A stretch of 64,000 nt of DNA from a virus (taxonomy: Duplodnaviria; Caudoviricetes), in the IMG/VR virus record IMGVR_UViG_3300027374_000478, positions 95,092 to 159,091 of that record; one strand, given 5' to 3'. Made by a program: the position numbers and the translations under genes. Shown one piece after another: positions 9,393 to 18,589 of this stretch (position 1 is the first letter of the stretch; each line of letters starts with the position of its first letter). Below the pieces are notes generated by a model, which searched no databases, had not been told where the DNA came from, and worked only from the letters and a program-made list of their open reading frames with translations.

Positions 9393-9951
9393 CGAAGAAG
9401 TAATATGTATTGATGATACACAAGGTTTTGATGGTGCTAGATTTTACAAAGATTATGTTCCAACATTGCGAAGTCAAAGAAGCGGATTAAAAGTTGCTTG
9501 TATTAAAGATAAAGAATATTTAGATATTTGTATCAACGATAGAGGAAAGGTAAATAAAAAACCACAGATAACATATGGGCATTCGCCAACACTTATTTCT
9601 GAATTTCATGGGAATTTACCAAAAGTTGTTGAGGTAAGAGGTGCCGCTATGCGTGGTAGGTACAATTCAGATGGAAAAACAGAACAGAAAATAGAAGTAA
9701 GAGATGATGAGTTGTCTAATGCAATTACAACTGTACAGAAAGACTCGTTAATTGTAGAAAATAAGTCTTGGTTCGAAAAGAAATATACAGAGTTTTATGA
9801 GAAATATGGTTATATTCCAGAATATTTTGTTCCATATAACGGAACTGAATGTAAAGATTATGCATCGACTTTAACTGCAAATTCTAATACAAGTCCAACA
9901 CATTCTGGGACGATTTTAATTATGGAGATTGGCAAAGAAAAGAAGTCTTAA
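9358..9951 (+). CDS. -1 frame extension of the C5 MTase (target-recognition-like repeats)
   Basis: Repeated PTL/STL/AITT segments like the MTase variable region; no own RBS. Confidence 0.7.
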   Translation, partial: YQTTSGVNSACGEEVICIDDTQGFDGARFYKDYVPTLRSQRSGLKVACIKDKEYLDICINDRGKVNKKPQITYGHSPTLISEFHGNLPKVVEVRGAAMRGRYNSDGKTEQKIEVRDDELSNAITTVQKDSLIVENKSWFEKKYTEFYEKYGYIPEYFVPYNGTECKDYASTLTANSNTSPTHSGTILIMEIGKEKKS

Positions 9952-9971
9952 AACCCACGTTTCAAAGGAAG

Positions 9972-10670
9972 GTGATTAATATAAATATTGAGCATAATTG
10001 GATAGAAACATTTATAACAGAAAGTAAGAAAAAAGAATTAGAAATAAGAAGGAAAATTGATAAACAAAAAACAATCATGAAAACAATTACTAATGAAGAA
10101 TCTAGCGTTGTGGATGATTTTTGCATGACTTTACAAAGACGTTCTTCGAGTTGGGGTGATTTTATTGTAAGTTTGGATAAAGTAAATGAAGCATTATTAG
10201 CTGGAATACCATTAAGAGAAATAATTTATAACTATTTAGAAAATAAAAAATGTTCAAGTTATGGAGGAGAGAATATGATGGATCATTATGTCGGAGCATT
10301 TAATACAGAAATGTTACCAATTGAAAAAATTTTAACATGTAGAGAGAAAGATATTAGAATTGTAGATGTAAATCTAATTGTGCCAGACAAGGTTGTAGAA
10401 GTTACATTTGCAGATGGAACAAAAGAGAAATCTGTATGTAGAGAACCTGATACATTCAGTTTGGAATCTGCAATTTCTATCTGTATTTCCAAGAAGATTA
10501 TGGGTGGATCATCTGCTTATAATAATGCGATTAGACGTGGTATGAAGGTCTATGAGAAGAAGTTAGAGTATGCAAAGAATAACACAAATCTTCCAGATAA
10601 TCCAGACTACAAGCGGATCAATGAATTTGTAGCAAGTGTGAATGAGAGAGTTGTGAAAGGAGAAGTATGA
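9972..10670 (+). CDS. hypothetical, probably chimeric protein
   Basis: 232-aa ORF with an internal GGAGGAG RBS/ATG near 10275. Confidence 0.6.
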   Translation: MININIEHNWIETFITESKKKELEIRRKIDKQKTIMKTITNEESSVVDDFCMTLQRRSSSWGDFIVSLDKVNEALLAGIPLREIIYNYLENKKCSSYGGENMMDHYVGAFNTEMLPIEKILTCREKDIRIVDVNLIVPDKVVEVTFADGTKEKSVCREPDTFSLESAISICISKKIMGGSSAYNNAIRRGMKVYEKKLEYAKNNTNLPDNPDYKRINEFVASVNERVVKGEV

Positions 10671-11380
10671 AGAGACAGATTAGAAGAAATGTTTTTGAAA
10701 CAAATTCGAGTTCTATGCATAGTTTAACAGTTATGAAGAGAGATGATAAATATACTCCAGAAGAATTTTTAGACGGAATATATTTATGTAAAGACGAAGA
10801 TACAGGCGAGGAATCTTGTGTTTGGGAGCCTTGGGATCACGATTTGGAATTTGGTAGGAGTCCATTTAGGGCTTTGGGAACATTTACAGATAAATGGTTG
10901 TATGCGTGTGCTTCGTTGGTTCATGACTATAATGATGATGTTTATAAAGAACTCGTTGCACTTGCATTGAAATATATACCAGGTCTTAAAAAGATCAAAC
11001 TGCCAATGGACAGTGATAGTATTGCAGATAAAAATGATGAAGAACATAAAAACGATGACTATTATCAGAAGTATGGTAAGACAGAAGATGAACTAAAAGA
11101 ATATTTATCACAGAAAGAAAAGGATTGGGGTTTTGAACTTGAGTATTGGAAATCTTCAAATGGCTGGTGGCATTATGACAAACCATGTACAGGATATGTT
11201 GATGAAGATATTCTAAGTGGATTTTTAGAGCATGAAGGTATTTCTCTTGAAGAATATCTTATAAATAAGAAATATGTCGTCATTCAAGACGGTGATGAAT
11301 ATTGCTATTGGGACAATATGAAGCAAACAGGGCTAGTAAATATGGATATGATTGATCATGAATATCCAAGAGAGGATTAA
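10667..11380 (+). CDS. FETNSSS-motif protein 1
   Basis: N-terminus MKRQIRRNVFETNSSSMHSL. Confidence 0.85.
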   Translation: MKRQIRRNVFETNSSSMHSLTVMKRDDKYTPEEFLDGIYLCKDEDTGEESCVWEPWDHDLEFGRSPFRALGTFTDKWLYACASLVHDYNDDVYKELVALALKYIPGLKKIKLPMDSDSIADKNDEEHKNDDYYQKYGKTEDELKEYLSQKEKDWGFELEYWKSSNGWWHYDKPCTGYVDEDILSGFLEHEGISLEEYLINKKYVVIQDGDEYCYWDNMKQTGLVNMDMIDHEYPRED

Positions 11381-11387
11381 GGGATCA

Positions 11388-11834
11388 ATGAAAAGGAAGA
11401 TTAGAAAAGGTGTATTTGAAACAAATTCGTCTTCGGTTCACAGTTTGGTTATTTCTAATGAGGGCAGGGAACCGAGTGAATTCAAACTGAATAAGGATGG
11501 AGAAATAGAAATTGATTTTGGACAGTTTGGAAAAGACAAACGTATTTATACATCACAATATGACAAACTTTCCTATCTGATTACTTGTTTATATTATCTG
11601 TCAGGATATGATATATCTGATATTTATGACAAGTGGGAATTTAGAGAAATTCAGGATGCTATTTGTAAATATACAGGTGCGACAGGAATTAAGATTTTAG
11701 GAGAACAGGAACCAGAGATTGATCATCAGTCGCAGCCCTATGGCAATATTGAAATTGTCAATGTTTATGATGAGGATGCGGTTATCAATTTTGTATTCAA
11801 TAAGTATGTGTCATTAAAAACAGATTGTGATTAA
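11388..11834 (+). CDS. FETNSSS-motif protein 2
   Basis: N-terminus MKRKIRKGVFETNSSSVHSL. Confidence 0.85.
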   Translation: MKRKIRKGVFETNSSSVHSLVISNEGREPSEFKLNKDGEIEIDFGQFGKDKRIYTSQYDKLSYLITCLYYLSGYDISDIYDKWEFREIQDAICKYTGATGIKILGEQEPEIDHQSQPYGNIEIVNVYDEDAVINFVFNKYVSLKTDCD

Positions 11835-11850
11835 GGAGGAAGTTTATTTT

Positions 11851-12222
11851 ATGAAGAGGGAAGTAAGACGTGGAGTATTCGAGACAAATAGTAGTTCAGT
11901 ACATAGTTTAACAATGTGTTCTGGAGAAGAGTACAAAAAGTGGGAGAACGGCGAAGTATTATATTGGGAAGAGGAAAATAAATTTGGAACCAAAGAAGAA
12001 ATCATTGAAGAAATGAAAAAAATGAAGTGGCATGATGGAACACCACGATATGAAAAGGTTAATTGGGAAAATGAGGATACAGTAGATGATATTTTTTCAG
12101 ATGAAGGAATCAAAACTTGTGAAAAATATTTTGAAAATGATTGGTATGAGACATATGAGAAAAAGTATACCACTCAAAACGGTGAAGAAGTTGTAGCATT
12201 TGGATATTACGGTCACGATTAA
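11851..12222 (+). CDS. FETNSSS-motif protein 3
   Basis: N-terminus MKREVRRGVFETNSSSVHSL; AAGGAGG RBS. Confidence 0.85.
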   Translation: MKREVRRGVFETNSSSVHSLTMCSGEEYKKWENGEVLYWEEENKFGTKEEIIEEMKKMKWHDGTPRYEKVNWENEDTVDDIFSDEGIKTCEKYFENDWYETYEKKYTTQNGEEVVAFGYYGHD

Positions 12223-12228
12223 GAAAGG

Positions 12229-13131
12229 ATGGTAGAAATGAATCTGTTGGGAATTTATAAGAATGGGAATTTTACCACTAAGTTATTCTCAGATGGAACC
12301 AAGATTAGAGAAACAGAAGATGATGAGTTTATCCCTGATTTTGCAGAGAATATGGATATCAAGATAAGTAATTATTGTGATATGGGATGTAATTTCTGTC
12401 ATGAGGGTAGCACAAAGAATGGTAAACATGGAGATATTCTGAACCAGAAGTTTATTGAAACTTTACATCCGTATCAGGAGGTTGCGCTTGGTGGTGGTGA
12501 TGCAACGAGCCATCCAGATCTGATTCCATTTTTACATAAGCTGAAGGATAGGAAAGCCGTTGTAAATATGACCGTAAACCAGCGACACTTTGAACAGAAA
12601 CAGGAATTGATTAAGAAGTTGGTTGATGAAAAACTAATATATGGTCTTGGTGTATCTCTTGTAAATCCAACAGATGAATTTATATCACTAATTCAGCAAT
12701 ATCCAAATGCAGTTATACATGTGATTAACGGTATTCTCAAGCCTTCAGACGTAGAAATGTTATTTGATAAGAATTTGAAGATGCTTATCCTTGGATATAA
12801 GCAGTTAAGGCGTGGTGGTGAATGGTATAGTGAGGATCACGAAAATATCATTATTAAGCAAATGTGGCTGAAAGAAAATCTTGGTGGAATCATTGAGCGT
12901 TTCAAAGTAGTGAGTTTCGATAATCTGGCTATTGATCAGCTTGAAGTTAAGAGATTAATGAGCCAGGAAGAGGGGGATGAGTTTTACATGGGGGATGATG
13001 GCAGCATGACATATTATATTGATATGGTTGAACAGAAATTTGCAAGAAGTTCTACTGCCGATTTTGATAAGAGATATGATTTATTGGACTCTGTAGATGA
13101 AATGTTCAAAAAGATAGTATCTGAACAATAA
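12229..13131 (+). CDS. radical SAM protein
   Basis: CDMGCNFC (CxxxCxxC), ALGGGD. Confidence 0.9.
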   Translation: MVEMNLLGIYKNGNFTTKLFSDGTKIRETEDDEFIPDFAENMDIKISNYCDMGCNFCHEGSTKNGKHGDILNQKFIETLHPYQEVALGGGDATSHPDLIPFLHKLKDRKAVVNMTVNQRHFEQKQELIKKLVDEKLIYGLGVSLVNPTDEFISLIQQYPNAVIHVINGILKPSDVEMLFDKNLKMLILGYKQLRRGGEWYSEDHENIIIKQMWLKENLGGIIERFKVVSFDNLAIDQLEVKRLMSQEEGDEFYMGDDGSMTYYIDMVEQKFARSSTADFDKRYDLLDSVDEMFKKIVSEQ

Positions 13132-13135
13132 AAAT

Positions 13136-13183
13136 ATACCATATATAGTGTTCGGTTGGATGAATGGTTGCTATATATGGTAT
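13136..13183. promoter_or_regulatory. tandem NrdR-box-like pair 1
   Basis: ATACCATATATAGTGT (13136) and TTGCTATATATGGTAT (13168), 32 bp apart. Confidence 0.6.
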
Positions 13184-13225
13184 AGAAATGAAATCGAGAT
13201 TTTAAGGCAGAAAAAGAGGTGATAG

Positions 13226-14347
13226 ATAACGAGAGTTTACAAAGAGAAACAGTTCTTAATATTTGATTTTGAAGATGGAAGGACTGTCAAATATGATTTT
13301 GCCACAAAAACTTGTATAGGGATCAAAGGTAAACCAGTAAAAGGATTGCAGAGCCAATTATCAGGCATAACAATGAATCAGATAATTGAGTATTGTGCTG
13401 ATGAAAAATATGCTAAATTTCTCAAATTTGTACAGAATAGATACCCAAATTACATATCAAATATAGGTACAATTCTTTCAAAAGTTCCACAGTATTCAAA
13501 ATTTGAACAGATATTTTCAGCAGGATTCGATAGTATTGTAGATAGAAATTTTACAAAAACAATCAATGATATTCCAAAATCTTTAATCAAAATAGCGAGA
13601 GATAGACAAATAAAAATATCAGATAGATTTTGTGATTATTGGAAAAGAAATCCTGATGCTCATTTTCTGGCGTATCAGCTTGATTATATATCTTTAACAG
13701 ATGAAGACATCAATAAAATTTTAATGAGAGAAAGTTATGATTATGTTGATGGGATTAGTAATTACTTTTCCTATTTTAATAAGTTGATTGAAGAATATGG
13801 ATATAATCCGAAAGCATTGTTGCTGTATCTTGACACTCTAAAAACTTTTGAAGCAATAGAAGATATGCGTCATTTACTTGGTGAATTGGTAGATTATGCA
13901 AGAATGATGAATACGATCAGTCCAAAATTTGATAAATATCCACGGAATTTTCTTACTACACATAAGATTGCATGTAGAAATTATAATAGATTAAAGAAAG
14001 AATTTTCTGAGGAGATATTTAAGACAAGAATAAATAAGAATTTGGAATGTATATTTGGGGATTATCAGTTTATTTATCCTGATAGCACACAAGAAATTAA
14101 AGATGAGGCAGTAGCACAAAATAACTGTGTGGCTTCTTACATAGATAAAGTTATTGATGGAGAATGTCATATTATGTTCTTGCGTAAGAAATCTAATCCT
14201 AAAGAGAGTCTTGTCACTATTGAGATACGAAACAATCATATTGTACAAGCCAGAAGAAGATTTAACGATCCTGTAACATCAGAAGACCAAGAAGCAATTG
14301 ATAAATGGAATAAAAAATTTGCAGATAAAGAAAGGAAAACAGCATGA
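13226..14347 (+). CDS. PcfJ-domain protein (ATA start)
   Basis: EA..QNNCVASY..IMFLRK..LVTIEIR..QAR motif; frame opens at ATA 13226 after GAGGTG. Confidence 0.8.
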   Translation: MTRVYKEKQFLIFDFEDGRTVKYDFATKTCIGIKGKPVKGLQSQLSGITMNQIIEYCADEKYAKFLKFVQNRYPNYISNIGTILSKVPQYSKFEQIFSAGFDSIVDRNFTKTINDIPKSLIKIARDRQIKISDRFCDYWKRNPDAHFLAYQLDYISLTDEDINKILMRESYDYVDGISNYFSYFNKLIEEYGYNPKALLLYLDTLKTFEAIEDMRHLLGELVDYARMMNTISPKFDKYPRNFLTTHKIACRNYNRLKKEFSEEIFKTRINKNLECIFGDYQFIYPDSTQEIKDEAVAQNNCVASYIDKVIDGECHIMFLRKKSNPKESLVTIEIRNNHIVQARRRFNDPVTSEDQEAIDKWNKKFADKERKTA

Positions 14348-14778
14348 TTACAAAAGGAAATGAGATTAGGCTGATTAAGCCGATGGGAGTATTTGATAAT
14401 ATCGGAGAAGTTTGCGAAGTGACAGATGTATCAGAAGATGGCGTTATCAGTTTTAAATTTGGTGGCTGTCATCTTGGGTGTATGTCTTATAACGAATTTG
14501 AAAAGTATTTTGAATTAGTAGAGAAGGAAGTATCAGAAGAAGAAAGTGATGAAGATGCTGATTCTATGGCAGAAAATAAAGAAGTGTATGACTTAATTGA
14601 GTGGTGTAAAGAGAATGATAAACCATTTTATCTAAAGCTATATTTAAATGTACTGGAAAAGAGAAATGGTATTACACAGTCAATTCTTGGAATGTATAAA
14701 AATAGGTTATGTTTGGTGCAGTTTAAGAATAAAACTTTCAAGGATTCAGATTTTAGTGGATTAAAAATTATGCTTTAA
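14344..14778 (+). CDS. hypothetical, possibly truncated/chimeric protein
   Basis: ORF runs through weak sites 14725/14740 into the end of the retron RT. Confidence 0.55.
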   Translation: MITKGNEIRLIKPMGVFDNIGEVCEVTDVSEDGVISFKFGGCHLGCMSYNEFEKYFELVEKEVSEEESDEDADSMAENKEVYDLIEWCKENDKPFYLKLYLNVLEKRNGITQSILGMYKNRLCLVQFKNKTFKDSDFSGLKIML

Positions 14779-15739
14779 TAGTAGCATTGCGAACATGATT
14801 ATAAATATTACTGAATTTTGTTGGTTCAGTTTGTTGTGCGGCCACTATTAAACCCTGAAGTCTCTTTTGAGAGTGTTCGTCATTTGGATTATTCTTATAA
14901 TTACGCAATTCATTCATTACTTTATGGCTTAATGAGTTAGGAATATTGAGGTTCCCATTAGGAGAAATGATAGTTCCAGTAACAGATTTTGGATAAGTAT
15001 TTGTATAGTATTTTACTTTTGATCTTGAAAGCCTATATAAATATTTAGAAATAATATTATAAATTATTTCTTTGTGCTTGTGTGAAATTTCGTGTTGTGA
15101 AGAAAAGGTAATATCATCTACATATATAGACATAATTATCTCATTTTTATCACAAAAATTTTGTAGTTCATCAAACATATTATGATTCGCTAAATAAGAT
15201 AGAATTTGACTTGCAGGAGAACCGGAAATTAAATGATTTGTAGTTTTTATTCCCTTAGATAAAAGGAATTGCTCAATAGGTTCTGATTCCTGAATATCAC
15301 ATAAAGTTAAGTCAATAGTAACAAAATTAGTGAGAATATTGGCTATATCAGAAGGTGTTTTTAAATCAACTTTAAAAAAATTATACACTGTTTCACGAGT
15401 TATACATGGGAAAAATGCTGTTAAATCTATTTTAAAAAGAAAATTGCAGTTTTGGTGTATAGCAGCATTATCAACATAAGATTTTCCTTTTATACCAGAG
15501 AATGCATTTGAAGGAACTTCTATTTTATTTAATTCGCATTTTATGTTTTTCTGAATTTTTTTAAGAGAATCCGAAGGAGCTTCAATTAAACGAGGTTTTG
15601 GATTTGCTTGTATATATGGATTAATCTGCTTTGCAACAAAATTTTGATTTAGATATTCTTTTGTAGGAACTTTTAAAAGTATCATTAAATATTTTTTGGT
15701 GGATAATTTATACAAATTTGATTTTGTTGGATCTATCAT
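14768..15739 (-). CDS. retron-type reverse transcriptase
   Basis: NAAIH (region X NAxxH), KIDLTAFFP, SGSPASQ, YVDD, SVTG (region Y VTG). Confidence 0.9.
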   Translation of the reverse strand: MIDPTKSNLYKLSTKKYLMILLKVPTKEYLNQNFVAKQINPYIQANPKPRLIEAPSDSLKKIQKNIKCELNKIEVPSNAFSGIKGKSYVDNAAIHQNCNFLFKIDLTAFFPCITRETVYNFFKVDLKTPSDIANILTNFVTIDLTLCDIQESEPIEQFLLSKGIKTTNHLISGSPASQILSYLANHNMFDELQNFCDKNEIIMSIYVDDITFSSQHEISHKHKEIIYNIISKYLYRLSRSKVKYYTNTYPKSVTGTIISPNGNLNIPNSLSHKVMNELRNYKNNPNDEHSQKRLQGLIVAAQQTEPTKFSNIYNHVRNATIKA

Positions 15740-15771
15740 AAATAACCTCAATATTCAAATAAATGCTGGTG

Positions 15772-15951
15772 TTAGTTAGAAACAATGCTGATTAACGAGC
15801 GAATAATATCAGCTAATGTTTCAGAACTACAGTTAGACATAATCAGTGCAAGTAGAACAATTAATGATACAGAAATAATCACCATTTTTTTAGTAATACG
15901 AACCTTTTTGTGGATGTCAATAGTGATTTCAAATTTATCCGCCTTTTTCAT
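15772..15951 (-). CDS. 59-aa single-pass membrane peptide, putative retron effector
   Basis: AAGGAGGTG RBS; basic N-terminus, VIISVSLIVLLALIM hydrophobic span; between ncRNA and RT. Confidence 0.7.
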   Translation of the reverse strand: MKKADKFEITIDIHKKVRITKKMVIISVSLIVLLALIMSNCSSETLADIIRSLISIVSN

Positions 15952-16047
15952 TGGCTTCACCTCCTTGTTATTATATTGGCTCCATAATGGAGTCTCCCCA
16001 GTCCTCAAATAACAAAGAGATATGATTATAGCGTATATCTACCTTAC

Positions 16048-16270
16048 ACCAGCAAAATTCTTCTCCCCGTAAAAGCACTTTATTATACTTCTCTTGAAAG
16101 AAGTATGTAAAGAGCATGTGATGACCTGTGCTGTCGGGGAGGATGGCACAGGATGATACCGGTGGTACAGAGCCTGTCCATCCTAAAAAATGCTCATAAA
16201 TCATTGAGCATCCATTCGTTATATAAAATAACGAACCAAACGGGAGTAAATCTGCTATATAACACTGATA
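16048..16270 (-). ncRNA. putative retron msr-msd RNA
   Basis: Terminal inverted repeats (~16240-16257 / ~16050-16070) enclose at least four hairpins; directly downstream of a sigma-A promoter. Confidence 0.7.
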
Positions 16271-16276
16271 CCTATA

Positions 16277-16305
16277 ACTATATACCAATTTGTACCAAAT
16301 GTCAA
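16277..16305 (-). promoter_or_regulatory. sigma-A promoter of retron operon
   Basis: TTGACA-17bp-TATAGT on the minus strand. Confidence 0.8.
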
Positions 16306-16403
16306 TGAAAAAACAAACATAAGTTCTACAAAATTTTTATAAAGAGGTGACAAATTATGTGATAAAAAAGGATAAAAACAATTATAGATAAGAAATATAA
16401 TAT

Positions 16404-16528
16404 ACACTTGGCTATCTACCAGAGTGTTCAATCACTCAATCAGATAAATTTTGTTGTTTTCATTTTAACCTCTTTTTTTTGGAATGTTCAAGTTTGTGGC
16501 TTGAGCATTCTGATAGGTAGTCAAGTGT
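16404..16528 (+). ncRNA. Long RNA stem upstream of homing endonuclease-like gene
   Basis: 16404-16431 pairs with 16501-16528: 27 of 28 pairs, four of them G-U. Confidence 0.55.
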
Positions 16529-16551
16529 GGAAAGGAATATATGGAGGTGGT

Positions 16552-17319
16552 ATAACGGACAGATTAGGCGAAACAAAAAGTAATAATAAAGGTACTTTAA
16601 TGAAAATAGTTTCTTATAGAAGTAGCGAGGATCTTGATGTTGAGTTTATAGATGATTTCCATCATATAAAGAAACATCAAACATATGTAAATTTTCGAAG
16701 AGGACAAATCAAAAATCCATATGATAAAACAGTATTTGGCATTGGTTATTTAGGTGCAGGAAAACACAAAATGCAATATCTAGATACAAAGACAAATACT
16801 AAAACATATATGTCTTGGAAGAATATGCTTGATAGATGTTATGGAAAACAAAATAGAGATTTACATCCAGCATATTTCGATATATCTACTGTTTGTAATG
16901 AATGGCTCAATTTCCAAACATTTGCTGACTGGTATGAAGAAAGAGAATATAAATGCGATGGCAGATTACATTTGGATAAAGATATTTTACATCCAGGGAA
17001 TAAGGTATATTCTCCAGATAACTGCATTTTAGTTCCTCAAAGAATTAATATGCTATTTGTAAATAAACCAAATAACCGTGGTCTTCCTAATGGCATTAAA
17101 AAGTGTGTCAGAGGATACTCTGCAAAATATAATCATGAAGAACTTGGTAGTTATTTGACACTTGAAGAAGCATATTCTGTTTATGTTAAAAAGAAGAAAG
17201 AAGATATTATTAAAATTGCCAACGAGTACAAAAATATTATTCCTGATTATGTTTATGAAGCACTTATTCAGTATGAATTCAATATTGAAAATGATAAGAA
17301 TTACTGCAAGATAGCATGA
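16552..17319 (+). CDS. HNH-type homing endonuclease-like protein (ATA start)
   Basis: Y.SWKNMLDRCY, VCNEWLNFQTF..W, LDKDIL.PGNKVYSP.NC motifs. Confidence 0.8.
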   Translation: MTDRLGETKSNNKGTLMKIVSYRSSEDLDVEFIDDFHHIKKHQTYVNFRRGQIKNPYDKTVFGIGYLGAGKHKMQYLDTKTNTKTYMSWKNMLDRCYGKQNRDLHPAYFDISTVCNEWLNFQTFADWYEEREYKCDGRLHLDKDILHPGNKVYSPDNCILVPQRINMLFVNKPNNRGLPNGIKKCVRGYSAKYNHEELGSYLTLEEAYSVYVKKKKEDIIKIANEYKNIIPDYVYEALIQYEFNIENDKNYCKIA

Positions 17320-17369
17320 GCATAACCCAAGGAAAAATCTGTTTTATCACAAGTTTGGAGGTGATATAA

Positions 17370-17615
17370 ATAATTACAAGAGAAGTAGATATTGAAATGA
17401 ATCCACGAGAATTAGTTGAAGAATTTTGGAACATGGACTCAGAACAGCAAGCGAAGTTTTTTAATGAATTAGCAAATATTATTGAAGAAAATCAAGGTAG
17501 AGGTGTAATGCAATTAGATTACATATCATTTGAGCCTTCATTGTATCCATATGGAGCAAGACTAATCAGTATGTTGGCTGAACGAGTAAAAGAAGGAAAT
17601 AGAAAATCTAAATAA
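17370..17615 (+). CDS. hypothetical protein (ATA start likely)
   Basis: GGAGGTG RBS before ATA 17370, in frame with ATG 17397. Confidence 0.65.
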   Translation: MITREVDIEMNPRELVEEFWNMDSEQQAKFFNELANIIEENQGRGVMQLDYISFEPSLYPYGARLISMLAERVKEGNRKSK

Positions 17616-17620
17616 CACGG

Positions 17621-17675
17621 AAAGGAATAAAGGTGCTGCTGCCGTGAGATGATCATACCTTTCTGGGTGAAGAAA
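17621..17675 (+). promoter_or_regulatory. Palindrome-containing leader element C
   Basis: AAAGGA, then AAAGGT/ACCTTT stem enclosing ATGATCAT. Confidence 0.5.
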
Positions 17676-18394
17676 ATAAAATACGTTGGAAGTAAAAACA
17701 GAATAAGCAAGTATATTGTACCTATTATTCAAAAGTGTATTGACGAAAATAATATAAAAATATATTATGAGCCGTTTGTTGGTGGGGCCAATATGATTGA
17801 CAAGATTAAATGTGAAAATCGTATTGGTAATGATATACATAAAGAATTGATTGCAATGTGGAATGAAATTCAGAATGGTTGGGAAATACCATTGCATATT
17901 TCAGAAGAAGAATATAATAAAGTTAGAAATAGTAAAAAAGATTATCCAGATTATTATGTAGGTCTTATAGGGTTTAATGCAACTTTTGGGTCTAAATATT
18001 TTGGTGGGTATGCAAGAGGATTTAAAGCAGACAAAGTTACACCAAGAGACATCCCAAATGAAGCATTAAGAAACTTATCAGAACAAATTCCCAATATACA
18101 AAATATTAAATTTTTATGTAGCGATTATAGAAACAATGAGTATGCTAATTTACGGGATGCAGTTATTTATTGTGATCCTCCGTATCAAGGTACAACTAAA
18201 TATGCTACAGATTCATTTGATTATGATATGTTTTGGGATTGGTGTAGAAAAATGAGTAAAGAAAATTGGCTTTTGTTAGTGAATATAATGCTCCTTCGGA
18301 TTTTGAATGTATTTGGTGCAAAAATGTTACCACAAGTTTAAAAGTTCATGAACATGAAAGCAGAGTAGAGAAATTATTCACATATAAGAAATAG
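17676..18394 (+). pseudogene. D12-class N6-adenine methyltransferase, frameshifted near 18270
   Basis: KYVGSK, EPFVGG, YCDPPY; C-terminal VSEYNAP..EKLF lies in another frame. Confidence 0.8.
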
Positions 18395-18529
18395 AAATAT
18401 TCCTTGAAAAGCCAATTTCATCGGTAAAATTATCATCTGTATAGAATGTAAAAGATAGTAACCAAAAGAAATTATATTTTTATTGGCAGTTGCAAATGTT
18501 AATAAAAATCAGCAATTCAGCAAACTATG

Positions 18530-18589
18530 AAAGGAGTTATACAAGTAATTCTAGGTAAAATGTATGCGCATACCTTGTAAGTACAATAA
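18530..18589 (+). promoter_or_regulatory. Double-palindrome leader element D
   Basis: AAAGGAG, TACAAG/CTTGTA stem enclosing CTAG and GTATGCGCATAC. Confidence 0.65.

Noticed and set aside
14768-16270. DRT2/DRT9/DRT10-type defence RT
   Set aside because: NAxxH and VTG motifs and the ~320-aa size fit retron RTs; no SLATT gene. Phylogeny is still needed for certainty.
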